In this document: piece by piece, positions 5,130 to 5,152 of the stretch
How the letters are laid out: each line of letters begins with the position of its first letter
Position numbering within the stretch: position 1 is the first letter of the stretch
UHGV virus genome: UHGV-0387548
DNA: 5,152 bases
From: a virus
Reading direction: 5' to 3' (one strand)
Made by a program: the position numbers and the translations under genes
The notes under the pieces: generated by a model
Seen by the model: the letters and a program-made list of their open reading frames with translations, nothing else
Databases searched by the model: none
What the model was told of the DNA's origin: nothing

Positions 5130-5141
5130 AATCACCTACCT
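5130..5141 (-). promoter_or_regulatory. Ribosome-binding site AGGTAGGTGATT upstream of the 56-aa ORF
   Basis: Identical 12-mer to 828..817. The ATG is 4 nt downstream of the GGTGAT core. Confidence 0.6.
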
Positions 5142-5152
5142 TTTTAAAAACG

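Noticed and set aside
1-5152. Alternative genetic code (TGA=Trp, Mollicutes) because of AT richness and resemblance to Spiroplasma-type microviruses
   Set aside because: All long ORFs are intact under the standard code, and TGA is used only once as a stop (44-aa ORF). Reading through it would add just 3 codons. The sequence gives no positive evidence for code 4.
1-5152. tRNA, rRNA, CRISPR array, IS/transposon or integrase signatures
   Set aside because: None seen. There are no repeat-spacer arrays, no terminal inverted repeats flanking a transposase-like ORF and no cloverleaf-capable GC-rich segments. The content is fully explained by a small lytic ssDNA phage genome.

Overview
The window is an AT-rich (~30% GC) sequence that reads as the reverse complement of a nearly complete small ssDNA phage genome of the family Microviridae. 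Every supported gene is on the minus strand. Two hallmark proteins are clearly recognisable. The first is a rolling-circle replication initiator (VP4/gpA-like, 314 aa) with all three RCR motifs, including a phiX174-A-like double-tyrosine motif YMAKYMVKF. The second is an F-type jelly-roll major capsid protein (VP1, 536 aa), whose N-terminal region aligns with phiX174 F (GDHFEVD...RLMP...FWVPNR versus GDSFEMD...RLSP...FYVPHR). A third ORF runs off the 5' edge of the window. It carries the gokushovirus-type VP2 (pilot/minor capsid) signature ...RRFQEEMSNTAISRRMQDLRNAGLNPLLA... preceded by a Gly-rich hydrophobic segment. Several small ORFs with strong Shine-Dalgarno sites (AGGTGAT / AGGAGGT) and stop/start overlaps lie between these genes: a 56-aa ORF; a 32-aa arginine-rich J-like peptide coupled to VP1 through a TAATG overlap; a 137-aa ORF; a 101-aa acidic ORF coupled to Rep; and a 44-aa single-TM peptide whose stop overlaps the VP2 start. 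One ~500-nt intergenic region (2335-2835) contains several elements. There is a GNRA-tetraloop intrinsic terminator for the VP1 operon. There are GC-rich iteron-like repeats. There is a dyad element containing a phiX174-origin-like core (CTTGATATTAA). There is a perfect 15-bp stem-loop, and two TTGACA -35 boxes with weak -10 partners. Gene order around the circle (VP4 - VP2 ... VP1) is not the classical gokushovirus order. The strong SD usage and AT richness suggest a low-GC Gram-positive-type host. No tRNA, rRNA, CRISPR or transposon signatures were seen. The six-frame track omits ORFs under ~70 aa and ORFs truncated by the window edge, so I read those by hand.
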